NCBI GenBank assembly: GCA_017642445.1
Contig: JAGCPA010000095.1
Location: forward strand, 2,177 to 66,176
Direction: 5' to 3'
DNA from: Spirochaetia bacterium
GTDB taxonomy: Bacteria > Spirochaetota > Spirochaetia > CADAEX01
Length of the DNA stretch: 64,000 nt
Position 1 is the first letter of the stretch. The number at the start of each line of letters is the position of its first letter. This document shows, piece after piece, positions 39,801-49,421 of the stretch. Position numbers and translations under genes: made by a program. The notes under the pieces were generated by a model. The model was not told where the DNA came from and did not search any database. It saw only the letters and a program-made list of their open reading frames with translations.

Positions 39801-40228
39801 TTGAGCTTGAGTACTCAGGATTTATCCCCGACACCTATATCCGTGACCAGAGCGAGAAGATGGAGATCTACAAGAAGATTGCCTCTGTGGTCTCTGAGAG
39901 CGAGCTTGACACTATCTGCAGCGAGCTGGAGGACAGATTCGGACCGCTTCCGGACGAGGTTGAGAGCCTTGTATCCCTGGCAGAGATCAGGGTGCTCTGC
40001 GGAAAGCTCTATATCACCTCCATGAAGGAGCACCACGGGGAGATAGAGATAACATTCGGCAAGGTCCATGTCATCAATCTGGAGAAGTATATGCGCCTTA
40101 TTAAGGAGAGCGGAGGCAAGGTCAGGCCGTCGCCAACCCAGGCAAACAAGATGATTATAACCACCGACCTGGTGGATCTGAAGGAAAAGTCAGCCTTCCT
40201 GCGGGATAAGCTGATGCGGCTGATATAG
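36842..40228 (+). CDS. mfd: Transcription-repair coupling factor Mfd
   Basis: UvrB-homology N-terminus, RNA-polymerase-interacting domain, superfamily 2 translocase motifs (GDVGFGKTEVA, DEEQRFG), and the TRCF C-terminus. Start uncertain: TTG 36782, ATG 36818 or ATG 36842. Confidence 0.9.
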   Translation: MIDNFIRDLTSRFRPLPAHKKLVDTFCSKKFPITIDGIRKLPLAAVIADLFRYSKGSFLIVLPNEKEAELFFEDISLCCRDVCYIPGWNTLPYRGESPGSQNCGNRVKGLTQLISGSKCIAVTSVGAFLSPMVTADYFKKHISLLKKGQSVNTEKLEKSMQSCGYIRTPKVSVPGDFAIRGEVFDFYPFGSDEPVRAVFEFDEIDAIKTFDPMTQASTGKLDSVVIPPCKEILWDKEHIEAVKALGLLKEAELEKLETENEVAEEEYIFPMTFERCGHLSDYMGDFSSLFLVDYELLEQRAEAILDEYRACYRQSAHDAFVKPPVPDSLIFSFAQETEAVERRIVLPLLHDSRHPDQAVSYSYESGRSFFGNFAYLKDELSQLIKNKYKVYIFSSSGVQAQRISKILENLDVQVIMGAISGGFVLPDSHIIAIQENEIFGRKKRPPASVKKVKSSPIDSFVELNKGDYVVHINYGIGRFIGIDRIKSTGTERDYIHLEYAGEETVFIPIEQVNLIQRYIGGEGKAPHLDHIGGKAWESRKSKARKAAEELAARLVKLYSRRQNAKGFAFPSDSDMQMEFEAAFPYDETDDQLRCIEEVKADMERPNPMDRLICGDVGFGKTEVAMRAVFKAVAGGKQAAFLCPTTILAEQHYENFLDRFKNFPVEIRLLSRFVPPRKQKAVIQDLKSGRADIIIGTHRILQKDVIFNNLGLMVVDEEQRFGVKDKEKMKELKTSIDCLSLSATPIPRTLHMSLLKIRDLSVLETPPRNRRPIETFVQPYSMETVRKAILQEISRGGQVYYLHNRVESLENVRLALEHMMPELIMETAHGKMSGTELEDIMDRFVHQEIHVLISTTIIENGIDIPNVNTIIIDRADMYGISQLYQLRGRVGRSDRLAYAYLLYPDQTAMTELAMKRLRIISDNTGLGAGFKVAMKDLEVRGAGNLLGRDQSGEISSVGFDMYLRLIDEAVRLLDGSRKDELDLHDVYLELEYSGFIPDTYIRDQSEKMEIYKKIASVVSESELDTICSELEDRFGPLPDEVESLVSLAEIRVLCGKLYITSMKEHHGEIEITFGKVHVINLEKYMRLIKESGGKVRPSPTQANKMIITTDLVDLKEKSAFLRDKLMRLI

Positions 40229-40236
40229 GAGAAGGG

Positions 40237-40932
40237 ATGGAAGAGACATTTCACAGGACAATAAAGAGCTTTGTGCTCAGAAGCGGGCGTATCACCAAAC
40301 TCCAGCAGCATGCCCTTGACACCTATCACCAGCTCTACTGCATTCCATACGATGCAGATAAAAAGCTTGATTTTGCCTCTATATTCGGCAACAGCAGCCC
40401 AGTGCTGCTGGAGATAGGCTTTGGAGATGGGGAGGCCACCTATCAGATGGCAGAGCGCAACCCAGGCATGAACTACCTGGCAATGGATGTCTATCCGCCT
40501 GGGGTCGGGGCTCTTCTGGATGTCATACATAAGAAGCAGCTTTCCAATGTGCGGATTGTGCACCACGATGCCGCCGAGGTGGTGGAGAATATGGTTCCTG
40601 ATGGCTCTGCAGGCGGTTTCCATATCTTTTTCCCGGACCCCTGGCAGAAGAAGCGGCATAACAAGCGGCGGCTTATAAACAGCACTTTTGTCTCTATCCT
40701 GACTGACAAGCTTAAGGATGGAGGCTATATCTACTGTGCCACCGACTGGGAGGACTATGCCCTCCAGATGCAGGAGGTGCTCAGGGGAGAGAAGAGGCTT
40801 TATTCCCCATTTGAAGGCTTTGCAGAGGAACCCAACAATATTGTCCCCTGGCGGCCCGAGACCAAGTTCGAGCGCAAGGGAAAAGCTGTAGGTAGAACTA
40901 TTTTTGAATCCTATTTTATAAAAACTTGCTAA
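40237..40932 (+). CDS. trmB: tRNA (guanine46-N7)-methyltransferase
   Basis: LEIGFGDGE S-adenosylmethionine-binding motif and FPDPWQKKRHNKRR. Confidence 0.9.
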   Translation: MEETFHRTIKSFVLRSGRITKLQQHALDTYHQLYCIPYDADKKLDFASIFGNSSPVLLEIGFGDGEATYQMAERNPGMNYLAMDVYPPGVGALLDVIHKKQLSNVRIVHHDAAEVVENMVPDGSAGGFHIFFPDPWQKKRHNKRRLINSTFVSILTDKLKDGGYIYCATDWEDYALQMQEVLRGEKRLYSPFEGFAEEPNNIVPWRPETKFERKGKAVGRTIFESYFIKTC

Positions 40933-40974
40933 TTATTAATATTTATAATATTATATCTGAGGAGGGGTTCTATA

Positions 40975-41898
40975 GTGGCCAAAAGTCGGAAAAGTAACAG
41001 AAGCTCAAAGAAGAATTATCCTCTGATTGTGGCCGCTTTAATCATTTTAGCTGCACTTCTTATCCTGGTGGCAATCATAAACTATCAGCCTTCTGCAAAA
41101 TCTCAGGCGCCGGAAGCACCTGCTGCCCCGGAACCAGCTCCTCAGCCTGAACCTGAACCGCAGATTCAGCCTCAGCCGACCCCGGAACCCAACCCAGAGG
41201 CTAAGGACGAGACACCTAAGAAGCGCATCTACCTGATCCTTGATGACGGCGGCCATAACACAAAGCAGCTTATGCCGTTCCTTAAATTCCCAGGCAAGCT
41301 TTCCATAGCAGTCATTCCACGCCTCGGATACTCAAAGGAGGCGGCAGAGCTTATCTACCAGAGCGGCAAGACAGTAATGCTGCACCAGCCTATGCAGCCC
41401 CTTGGAAAGGCAGATCCGGGTGCCGGTGCAATCCTGGTGAATATGAGCGACGACCAGATCCGCAGGACTCTCAACGACAACCTGGACTCTGTTCCTCATG
41501 TAGTTGGGTTCAACAACCACATGGGCTCTGCCGCCACCAGCGACGAGCGTGTTATGGATGTAGTGCTCAAGGTGGCCAAGCAGCGGGGGCTCTTCTTCGT
41601 GGACAGCTATACCCATTCCGGGACTGTCTGCGCCAAGGTGGCTAAAAAGAATGGTATGCGTATTGCAAGACGTGATATATTTCTCGATAATGACAAAAGC
41701 AAGGAAAAGATAATGGAAGCATTCAACGCGGGTAAGGCAATTGCAGATAAGAACGGCTATGCGGTGATGATCGGACATATTTGGTCAGATGAGCTTGCAA
41801 GCACTATGATCGAGCTCTATCCTGAATTTATTGAAGAGGGGTACTGCTTTGAGTCTGTTGCTGATTTCTTCAAGCTGGAAGAGGATTCCGAGGAATAA
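40975..41898 (+). CDS. Divergent polysaccharide deacetylase family protein (YibQ-like), membrane-anchored
   Basis: GTG start with GAGGAGGGG ribosome-binding site. N-terminal transmembrane helix, Pro-rich linker (PEAPAAPEPAPQPEPEPQ), then YibQ-type deacetylase fold (ILDDGG...NHMGS). Confidence 0.65.
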   Translation: MAKSRKSNRSSKKNYPLIVAALIILAALLILVAIINYQPSAKSQAPEAPAAPEPAPQPEPEPQIQPQPTPEPNPEAKDETPKKRIYLILDDGGHNTKQLMPFLKFPGKLSIAVIPRLGYSKEAAELIYQSGKTVMLHQPMQPLGKADPGAGAILVNMSDDQIRRTLNDNLDSVPHVVGFNNHMGSAATSDERVMDVVLKVAKQRGLFFVDSYTHSGTVCAKVAKKNGMRIARRDIFLDNDKSKEKIMEAFNAGKAIADKNGYAVMIGHIWSDELASTMIELYPEFIEEGYCFESVADFFKLEEDSEE

Positions 41899-41901
41899 AA
41901 A

Positions 41902-42918
41902 TTGAATGTTCTTGGTATTGAGTCCTCCTGTGATGAATGCTCAGTTGCTGTCGTAGCAGACGGCAAGAAGATACTCTCCAATGTAGTTGCCACACAGATT
42001 CCGCTGCACCAGCCCTATATGGGGGTTGTGCCTGAGATTGCTTCCCGTACCCATGTGGAATGGATAAAAGGGGTAGTGCACAACGCTCTGGAGACAGCAG
42101 GCTGCACCATCAAAGATATAGACGGCATTGCAGTCACCGCTAAACCTGGGCTTGCCGGATCCCTTCTGGTGGGGCTCTCCTATGCCAAGGCTCTCTCCTA
42201 TGCCACCGATATCCCATACATCGGTATAAACCATATCTACGGTCATATCCATGCGGCCCATATTGAATACGACATCCAGTACCCTTATGTCGCACTTCTG
42301 GTATCAGGAGGTCATACCCTTATCGCAATCATGGAGAACTACGACAAGATGCAGATTATGGGGACAACCATAGATGATGCATGCGGAGAGGCTTTTGACA
42401 AGATTGCCAAGTTCTACGGCTGGGGATATCCAGGCGGGGTAGTCATAGACAGGATGGCCCAGAAGGGTGATCCGGATGCATTCTCATTCCCCGATCCATC
42501 GCTCCACAAGGGGGAGCACAAGTATGATGTCTCCTATTCCGGCCTCAAGACTGCGGTGATAAACCAGCTGCATCAGTTCCAGAATTCTGGATACGAGGCG
42601 ACTCCCGAGAACATTGCCGCCTCATTCCAGAAGACAGCCATCGACATGCTTATAAGGCGGCTCAAGAAGGCAGCCAAGGATGCGGGGCTGAATACTGTGG
42701 TCACCGGCGGAGGAGTAGCTGCCAACTCATATCTCCGCAAAGCTCTGTCGGAGCTTAAGGGGATGAAGGTCTATATCCCTTCCATGAAGCTCTGCGGCGA
42801 CAACGGCGCTATGATAGCAGGTCTTGGGTACCATTTCCTCAAGGATGGCATGACATCGGACCTCTCACTCACCATCATGTCCAAAGTGATGGCTTTCCAT
42901 AGGAGTTATCCAAGGTAG
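41902..42918 (+). CDS. tsaD: tRNA N6-adenosine threonylcarbamoyltransferase TsaD
   Basis: VLGIESSCDE and HIYGHI metal-binding motifs. TTG start at 41902, translationally coupled to the upstream gene. Confidence 0.9.
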   Translation: MNVLGIESSCDECSVAVVADGKKILSNVVATQIPLHQPYMGVVPEIASRTHVEWIKGVVHNALETAGCTIKDIDGIAVTAKPGLAGSLLVGLSYAKALSYATDIPYIGINHIYGHIHAAHIEYDIQYPYVALLVSGGHTLIAIMENYDKMQIMGTTIDDACGEAFDKIAKFYGWGYPGGVVIDRMAQKGDPDAFSFPDPSLHKGEHKYDVSYSGLKTAVINQLHQFQNSGYEATPENIAASFQKTAIDMLIRRLKKAAKDAGLNTVVTGGGVAANSYLRKALSELKGMKVYIPSMKLCGDNGAMIAGLGYHFLKDGMTSDLSLTIMSKVMAFHRSYPR

Positions 42919-42919
42919 A

Positions 42920-43789
42920 ATGCCTAAAAAGAGCATACTTTATATCATTATAACTGCGCTCTGCTTCGGGACCATGGAGGTGGCCCTGAAGATGGGGGAG
43001 AACTCCTTTACTCCGCTGCAGATAAACTTCCTCCGGTTCCTTATAGGGGGTCTTCTCCTTCTTCCCATGGCTCTAAAGGAGCTTAAACGCAGGCAGATCC
43101 AGCTGACTGCACAGGACTGGGCCTATATGACTCTTCTGGGAGTGCTGGGAATAAGCTTCAGCATGTCATTCTTCCAGATAGGGGTCAAATACCTGAATGC
43201 AAACACCGCGGCCATCATTATCTCATGCAACCCTGTATTCACCATGCTGTTTGCCCATTTCCTGGTGCACGACCGCTTTACAATAAATAAAGCCATTGTA
43301 TTGAGTATATGTCTTGTCGGGCTTATGTTTGTGGCCAATCCGTTCCATCTGGCCGAGGGCAACACTCCGAAAGGGTTCCTCTATATGCTTGTCGCAATGA
43401 TCTCCTTTGCCCTTTACTCCTCTTTGGGAAACATAAAAGCCCAGCGGCTTGGCGGGGCTATCCAGACCTCTATTCCTTTCCTTATCGCCTCTGTGGTCAA
43501 TCTTTTTATTCTTATTGTCCTTAAGGAGCCTATTTTCAGCGGTATCACAATTAAAAGCTGTCCTGTCATGCTCTATACCGGCTTTATTGTCACAGGTCTG
43601 GGCTACTTCACCTATCTGGGCTCTATCGAGATGGTGGGGCCATCCAATGCATCTATCTCTTTCTTCCTGAAGCCGGTGGTTGCTGTTGCGGCAGCCTCCC
43701 TTGTCCTTCACGAGGCAATAACCTGGAACATTGTCTTAGGAATTGCTATTATTCTTACCGGCTTTTGTATAAACATGAAGAAGCGCTAA
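42920..43789 (+). CDS. DMT-superfamily transporter (EamA-like, two EamA domains)
   Basis: Ten-transmembrane EamA pattern. 289 aa. Confidence 0.75.
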   Translation: MPKKSILYIIITALCFGTMEVALKMGENSFTPLQINFLRFLIGGLLLLPMALKELKRRQIQLTAQDWAYMTLLGVLGISFSMSFFQIGVKYLNANTAAIIISCNPVFTMLFAHFLVHDRFTINKAIVLSICLVGLMFVANPFHLAEGNTPKGFLYMLVAMISFALYSSLGNIKAQRLGGAIQTSIPFLIASVVNLFILIVLKEPIFSGITIKSCPVMLYTGFIVTGLGYFTYLGSIEMVGPSNASISFFLKPVVAVAAASLVLHEAITWNIVLGIAIILTGFCINMKKR

Positions 43790-45136
43790 GGCAAACAGGG
43801 CGCCGCACCCTTCGCCTGCAATAATGGCAGAGACCAGCCCCGTTATTCCGAACAGCATATTCAGCAGGTACATGAACGGGATATAGAAGACCAGCTCCCG
43901 CACCACAGCATGGATAAATGTGCCGCCCCCTTTTCCCATAGCCTGCAGGCAGAAGGATGAGTGGTAGTTGAGGAACTGGAACGGAGATGCCATGCACCGT
44001 ATCCGGAGGAACACTATACCGAAAGCAATGGTGGTTACCGCCTCCTTTGAATAGCTTGTGGAGGTGCTCATGAAGACCCGCACTATAGGGGAGGCCAGAA
44101 TAAGGAACAGCACCATGCTGAAGGCGCTTACTATAAGTCCGTAGCGGCGCCCGGTGCGTATCACGCTCTTCATCCTCTCCCTGTTGCCAGATGCAAAGTT
44201 GTAGGCCACAATAGGGAGCATTCCCTGGCATATACCGATATTTATTGCGTTGGGGAGGCGCTCTGCCTTCATGACTATTCCAATGGCGGCCAGCTGCAGG
44301 TCGCCCCAGCCAGCCATAAGGATATTTAGCACTATATTCGCTATGTCGAAGAGCAGGGTAAGGCAGGAGGAAGGAATACCTACTGCCAGCAGCGCCCTTA
44401 AATCCTTGAAGCGGATTCCCAGGGCATCCTTGAACCTGGTGCTGAGCGGTGCAGTCCTGGATACTTTCCTAAGGAACACCAGAAGGAAAATGCAGGCAAC
44501 GCTGTTTGAGATTGTGGTGGCAAGGGCTGCTCCAAGCACCTCGTTGCCGGGACTCATGATATGGAACATAAAGATAGGATCTAAGATTACGTTAAGGATA
44601 CCTCCGCCTGAAAGCCCTATGCTGGCCTGCTTGGAGTAGCCTGTGTTACGCAGCAGGTGGGCCGCTGTCAGGGAGACAATAGTAGGAAAGTTACCTATGA
44701 CAAGCACCACCAGAACATACTGCTTTGCATATGGAAGTGTTGCATCCGATGCTCCCAGGAAGCGAAGAATAGGGGTCAGGAACACCAGGAGGAGCAGTGA
44801 ATAGAGCAGGGCAGAGGCCATGGCATAATAGAGGCTTGCAGAGGCCACCTTCTTGGCATTGTCCAGGTCCTGTGCCCCCGAGAGCCGGGCTATAAGGCTG
44901 CCGCCGCCGATTCCGAACAGGTTTGCAAATGAGATGTTAAGCATGAAAAGGGTGAATGTGACAGTGACAGCTGCCATCATATAGGAGTTGCCGGTCCTGC
45001 CTATGAAGAATGTGTCCACAATGCTGTAAATAAGGTTTATCAGCTGGCTTATGATAGTAGGTAAAGCCATTGCCTTTATAGCCTTGGATACAGGCATAGA
45101 TTCAAATAAGTCACGCTTTCCTGCGCTTATAGTCAT
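43736..45136 (-). CDS. MATE family efflux transporter
   Basis: Twelve-transmembrane MATE signature (PTIISQLINLIYSIVDTFFIG). 466 aa. Its 3' end overlaps the convergent EamA gene by 54 nt. Confidence 0.85.
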   Translation of the reverse strand: MTISAGKRDLFESMPVSKAIKAMALPTIISQLINLIYSIVDTFFIGRTGNSYMMAAVTVTFTLFMLNISFANLFGIGGGSLIARLSGAQDLDNAKKVASASLYYAMASALLYSLLLLVFLTPILRFLGASDATLPYAKQYVLVVLVIGNFPTIVSLTAAHLLRNTGYSKQASIGLSGGGILNVILDPIFMFHIMSPGNEVLGAALATTISNSVACIFLLVFLRKVSRTAPLSTRFKDALGIRFKDLRALLAVGIPSSCLTLLFDIANIVLNILMAGWGDLQLAAIGIVMKAERLPNAINIGICQGMLPIVAYNFASGNRERMKSVIRTGRRYGLIVSAFSMVLFLILASPIVRVFMSTSTSYSKEAVTTIAFGIVFLRIRCMASPFQFLNYHSSFCLQAMGKGGGTFIHAVVRELVFYIPFMYLLNMLFGITGLVSAIIAGEGCGALFALALLHVYTKAGKNNSNS

Positions 45137-45161
45137 ATTAGTGCCTTGTCAGATTGTACAC

Positions 45162-45190
45162 AAAAAAAGGCATCCTGTAAAAGGATGCCT
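45162..45190 (-). terminator. Rho-independent terminator downstream of ilvE (minus strand)
   Basis: Hairpin aggcatcct-gtaaa-aggatgcct. On the minus strand it is followed by a T7 run (the complement of A7 at 45162-45168). Confidence 0.7.
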
Positions 45191-45212
45191 TGAAAAAAAC
45201 TGAAATTATTGA

Positions 45213-46238
45213 TCAGCTGATCTTTACAACCCAGCCTTCCGGTCCCTTGATTCTTCCCATCTGGATACCGGTAAGTGTGTCGTACAGCTTCTTGGTGACA
45301 GGACCCATGGAGGTCATGCCGCTTGGGAAGCAGATCTCCTTGCCGTGGTCGTTGATCTTTCCTACAGGAGAGATAACTGCTGCTGTTCCGCAGAGACCGC
45401 ACTCTGCAAAGTCTGCAAGCTCTTCCTTGTAGATCTCTCTCTCCTCAACCTCAAGACCCAGATAATCTTTTGCGACTACCATAAGGGATCTTCTGGTGAT
45501 TGATGGAAGAATAGAGTTGGACTTTGGTGTCACAACCTTGTTGTCCTTGGTGACAAACAGGAAGTTTGCTCCGCCTGTCTCCTCAACCTTGGTCCGTGTC
45601 GCAGAGTCCAGGAACATATTCTCGTCGAATCCTGCCTTATGTGCATCTACGATGGCATGGAGGCTCATTGCATAGTTGAGTCCAGCCTTGATGTGGCCGG
45701 TTCCATGAGGTGCTGCACGGTCAAAGTCGCAGATTCTGAGTGTGAGAGGCTTTACTCCGCCCTTGAAGTAAGGTCCTACAGGGGTAACGAAGATTCTGAA
45801 CTGATACTCGTCAGCCGGCTTAACGCCGATAACTGCACCGGTTGCGTTCATGTTAGGTCTGATGTACAGTGTTGCGCCGGAGCCATAAGGTGGAACCCAT
45901 GCCTCGTTTGCCTTTACTGTGTCGATTACAGCCTTGATGAACCGGTCTTTCGGGAATACAGGCATCTCGAGCCGTTCTGCGCTCTGTTTCATCCGCTCTG
46001 CGTTAAGGTCAGGTCTGAAGCATACAATGCTGCCATCCTCGGTTGTATAAGCCTTAAGGCCTTCAAAACATGTCTGAGCGTACTGGAATACACCTGCACA
46101 TTCAGTGATTGAGACAGTTGCATCAGAGATGATAGCTCCATCGTCCCATGCTCCGTCCTTGTAATTTGAAACAAATCTCTTGTCGGTCTGCATATAAGCA
46201 AATCCAAGATTTCCCCAGTCAATGTTTTTCTTTTCCAT
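45213..46238 (-). CDS. ilvE: Branched-chain-amino-acid aminotransferase (fold type IV)
   Basis: 341 aa. Matches IlvE throughout (FEGLKAY, YIRP, the EETGGANFLFV catalytic region). Confidence 0.9.
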   Translation of the reverse strand: MEKKNIDWGNLGFAYMQTDKRFVSNYKDGAWDDGAIISDATVSITECAGVFQYAQTCFEGLKAYTTEDGSIVCFRPDLNAERMKQSAERLEMPVFPKDRFIKAVIDTVKANEAWVPPYGSGATLYIRPNMNATGAVIGVKPADEYQFRIFVTPVGPYFKGGVKPLTLRICDFDRAAPHGTGHIKAGLNYAMSLHAIVDAHKAGFDENMFLDSATRTKVEETGGANFLFVTKDNKVVTPKSNSILPSITRRSLMVVAKDYLGLEVEEREIYKEELADFAECGLCGTAAVISPVGKINDHGKEICFPSGMTSMGPVTKKLYDTLTGIQMGRIKGPEGWVVKIS

Positions 46239-46344
46239 ATTTCACTTCTCTTTAGATAAGATTTATATAAAAATGTTATCATTTAATAAAAAATTAGGGA
46301 ATAGTTTTGTTGCAAAAAGGGGAGGAAAATAATAGTATACAGGT

Positions 46345-47007
46345 ATGATCTGGTTTCCATTGGGTGTTTTTGCGCTGCTTATTATTCTTGGCTTGACCTT
46401 TATTCCTGCCTCCAGGCGCGGTTCAGGGTTTATTTTCAGCTGTGTCCTTGCTCTCCTGACAGCTTTTCTGGTCAGCTTCCTCTACAGCTTTATAAAGAAT
46501 TATCTGCCGCTTACAGACGACACCCACAGGATTTTAGTCCATTACATGGTTCACGACCATCTGTTCTTCTATTATCCATGTGCAGTCACAGTGCTTCTGG
46601 CTCTCCTCTGCCTGCGTAAGGAGGCCACCATGGGGGCAGCCCGGGCGACAGGGCTTGTCATTTCCTGCTTCTATATGTTCCTGGCTATGCTCGGTACATT
46701 CTTCTATTCTCAGCATGGATACTGGGCAGATCCCTATTTCCTTTTCTTCCTTACCGGAAGCAGGGTTCTGCAGTGCATCACAGTTGCCTTTGCCGTTCCT
46801 CTGATCCTTATAAAGCCATACCGGATTTGGAAAACCCTGCCGGCAACAGCAGTTCTTGCCGTATTGCCTTTCATTACTGCATACGTGTCATATCTTTACT
46901 ACACCAGCCGTATTCATCAGGCTGCAGTTCTTCTGGCTCTTCTCTATGGTGCCGCTCTGGTGGCCATTGCAGTACCATCTGTTATCTTCTGGAGGCATAA
47001 GGCTTGA
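46345..47007 (+). CDS. Hypothetical integral membrane protein
   Basis: 220 aa with 6 predicted transmembrane helices. No family recognised. Confidence 0.45.
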   Translation: MIWFPLGVFALLIILGLTFIPASRRGSGFIFSCVLALLTAFLVSFLYSFIKNYLPLTDDTHRILVHYMVHDHLFFYYPCAVTVLLALLCLRKEATMGAARATGLVISCFYMFLAMLGTFFYSQHGYWADPYFLFFLTGSRVLQCITVAFAVPLILIKPYRIWKTLPATAVLAVLPFITAYVSYLYYTSRIHQAAVLLALLYGAALVAIAVPSVIFWRHKA

Positions 47008-47837
47008 GATTCAGGTTCTGGATCACAGCACTCCTTATTCTCCTTCTTTTCTCAGGCTGCCCCATCAATAAAGGGGAGAAGCTGGTATTCTTATACGACA
47101 CAGATTTCGCCCAGATGGCTGAATATGCCCCCGACATGTTCTCCGGCCACTCCGAGCCTCTTTTCCCCGAGCTTTCCAAGGCTGCAAAGGAATCGGGCTA
47201 TTCCTTGAGATTCGTTCCTGTTGATATTCTGGAAGAGGATTATATAAGCTTTTTACAGAGAAGCCTGCCTAAGAACAGGAGGGTGGTCATAACCTCATTC
47301 CTCTACAATGTGCCGGAGATAAAGGAGCTTCTTACAGGATATCAGACCGCTGTGGTCGGTGCTGCACTGGATATTGACCTTGATAGTCTGAAAATAATAG
47401 GAAACGGCTTCAGGCTCATTGAGGATGAGGGTAGGATGCTCTCTGCCGCAGGCCAGAAGCTGCGGTTTGTATCCCTTAAAAGCGGTTTCCAGCAGCGGAT
47501 TACCCAGGCCTTCCTGGATGGCGCAGGGGACAATGTCAGCATGTTCGAGGCAGAACTCAACGCATCCAGCATCATAATACCTTTGTCTGAAGATTTGATT
47601 GTGGCCAGCTACGGCCCATGCTTCAAAAGCTTCTCCAACACCAGGAGCATGATGAACAGAATAAGGGTTTTAAATTATCCGGGATCTCCTGAATATATGG
47701 ATCCCAATACAAAGAAGAGGATAGAGTCCTTTATCTGCTACGACTTTGCCACCTCTTTCAAGAGCGCAATATTAGAGCTTGCTTCAGGAAAGAGTGAGAA
47801 AAAAAGCTTTTATTCCTTTGACTTAATCAGGCGATAG
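47004..47837 (+). CDS. Hypothetical lipoprotein
   Basis: Signal peptide with lipobox LFSGC. 4-nt overlap with the upstream membrane protein gene. Confidence 0.45.
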   Translation: MRFRFWITALLILLLFSGCPINKGEKLVFLYDTDFAQMAEYAPDMFSGHSEPLFPELSKAAKESGYSLRFVPVDILEEDYISFLQRSLPKNRRVVITSFLYNVPEIKELLTGYQTAVVGAALDIDLDSLKIIGNGFRLIEDEGRMLSAAGQKLRFVSLKSGFQQRITQAFLDGAGDNVSMFEAELNASSIIIPLSEDLIVASYGPCFKSFSNTRSMMNRIRVLNYPGSPEYMDPNTKKRIESFICYDFATSFKSAILELASGKSEKKSFYSFDLIRR

Positions 47838-48654
47838 GAGGGTAGGTGTTCACAAACACCACCTTGTTCTCCACCTGCTCAACCCCTTCGTAGGCTGCAA
47901 CTGCCTGTCCAACCTGGTCAATCAGACCCCGGACTTCTACAGTACCCATGATTGTGGCTGTATTGTCGTGAACATCCACCTCGAGGAAGTGGACAGGAAT
48001 CTTCTCTTCATACAGCAGATAGATGACAATCTTCTGGGCCAGGTACAGCTCCTTGAGCCGCTTTACCAGCTTCTCGGTGTAGTTCTCGTGGTTGAACACC
48101 TCGATAGCCCCTTCCACCATCTTGTAGACAACTTCGGTGCCCAGGACATCTGTGTTTATGACCATATCGTAGGAGCCTGGATCGTCCCAGGACATGTTGT
48201 AGAAGAACCGTGTGTAGCCGGCTCTCTCGTCATCCCGCTGGTTGACCAGCTTGCGGGCTGCCTTCTCGTCCAGGTGGTAGCGGTCCATGATCCGGGCCAC
48301 GCGCACATTCTCACTTCCGATTATTCTTATGCGGAGTACTCCAGGGACATTCTTAAGGAAGAATGCACCGCCCCGTCCTAAAAGGATGCATTTTGGGGTA
48401 TCGATGACTTTCTCGAAGAAATAGAGTTTGAAGTAGTTGTTATATTTGTCGTGCTGGTTGGAGAAACTTGCCAGGAGACCTGGTTTTTTCTCGTCGAATT
48501 TGGAGATGCTTTTCTCTGTGATTCCGTAGTAACCTGCAAGCTCTTTGTTGATAAGATCTCTGGATATGAACTGCCAGCCGAACCGTTCTGCCAGTCCCTG
48601 TGAAATCTCCTTGCTCAGACTTCCTTCCTGCCGTGCGATTGTTATGATAGCCAT
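47827..48654 (-). CDS. Cytidylate kinase-like family protein with a C-terminal BON-like domain (tentative)
   Basis: N-terminus MAIITIARQEGSLSKEISQGLAERFGW resembles the CMP-kinase-like family. Assignment is tentative. Confidence 0.5.
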   Translation of the reverse strand: MAIITIARQEGSLSKEISQGLAERFGWQFISRDLINKELAGYYGITEKSISKFDEKKPGLLASFSNQHDKYNNYFKLYFFEKVIDTPKCILLGRGGAFFLKNVPGVLRIRIIGSENVRVARIMDRYHLDEKAARKLVNQRDDERAGYTRFFYNMSWDDPGSYDMVINTDVLGTEVVYKMVEGAIEVFNHENYTEKLVKRLKELYLAQKIVIYLLYEEKIPVHFLEVDVHDNTATIMGTVEVRGLIDQVGQAVAAYEGVEQVENKVVFVNTYPPIA

Positions 48655-48782
48655 ACATATACCTCCAGGGTAATTTTACCACATGTTTGACATAAAAAGC
48701 AATTGTAAAAATAAAATGAATTTGTTATAATTAATAAATCAAATTTATAATTAGGTAAACTTTTAAGAGCTGGAGTATAAAA

Positions 48783-49355
48783 ATGAGCGAAATTATCAAA
48801 GCTGTTGCAATTGATAAGGGTATGTTCCTTATGATCAAGAATGCACCTTATTATGTTGTGGACAGAGAGTTTGTAAACCCAGGAAAGGGTTCTGCATTCT
48901 GCCGTCTTAAGCTTAAGAACCTTCTGAACGGCCAGGGCCTTGCCACCACCATGAAATCCAACGAGGATGTGGAGGTTACCGAGGTTACAGAGTGCAACTG
49001 CCAGTATATGTATGCAGATGATGAGAACTACTACTTCATGGAGAGCGAATCCTTCGAGCAGTTTGCAATGCCACGGGCTGGAATGGAAGACAAGATCTAT
49101 TACATCCGCGAAGGCGAGGAATACAGAGTGATCAAATGGGAAGGCAATCCAGTGGATATCAAGCTTCCTCCAAAGATGGTGTTTGTTGTTGCTGAAGGCT
49201 CCGAGGGAATCAAGGGCGATACAGTCACCAAGACAACAAAGCCTGTCAAGACCGAGACAGGTCTGGTAGTAAAAGTTCCTCTGTTCATCAAAGAGGGCGA
49301 GAAGATTCTGGTAAGCACCGACACAGGCGAGTACCAGGAGCGTGTCAATAAATAA
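48783..49355 (+). CDS. efp: Elongation factor P
   Basis: 190 aa. KPGKGSAF loop with the conserved Lys and KOW-like domains. Confidence 0.93.
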   Translation: MSEIIKAVAIDKGMFLMIKNAPYYVVDREFVNPGKGSAFCRLKLKNLLNGQGLATTMKSNEDVEVTEVTECNCQYMYADDENYYFMESESFEQFAMPRAGMEDKIYYIREGEEYRVIKWEGNPVDIKLPPKMVFVVAEGSEGIKGDTVTKTTKPVKTETGLVVKVPLFIKEGEKILVSTDTGEYQERVNK

Positions 49356-49371
49356 GCAGCTCTTATGCTGA

Positions 49372-49407
49372 TAAAAAAAAGCCGGTCAGATCGACCGGCT
49401 TTTTTAT
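49372..49407. terminator. Bidirectional rho-independent terminator between efp and the convergent MscS-family gene
   Basis: A8, then hairpin gccggtc-agat-cgaccggc, then T6. Confidence 0.75.
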
Positions 49408-49421
49408 TGTCCAGGGGAAAC

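Noticed and set aside
37070-40659. Several minus-strand ORFs of 100-216 aa
   Set aside because: All are antisense to mfd or trmB. None has a ribosome-binding site or recognisable domain.
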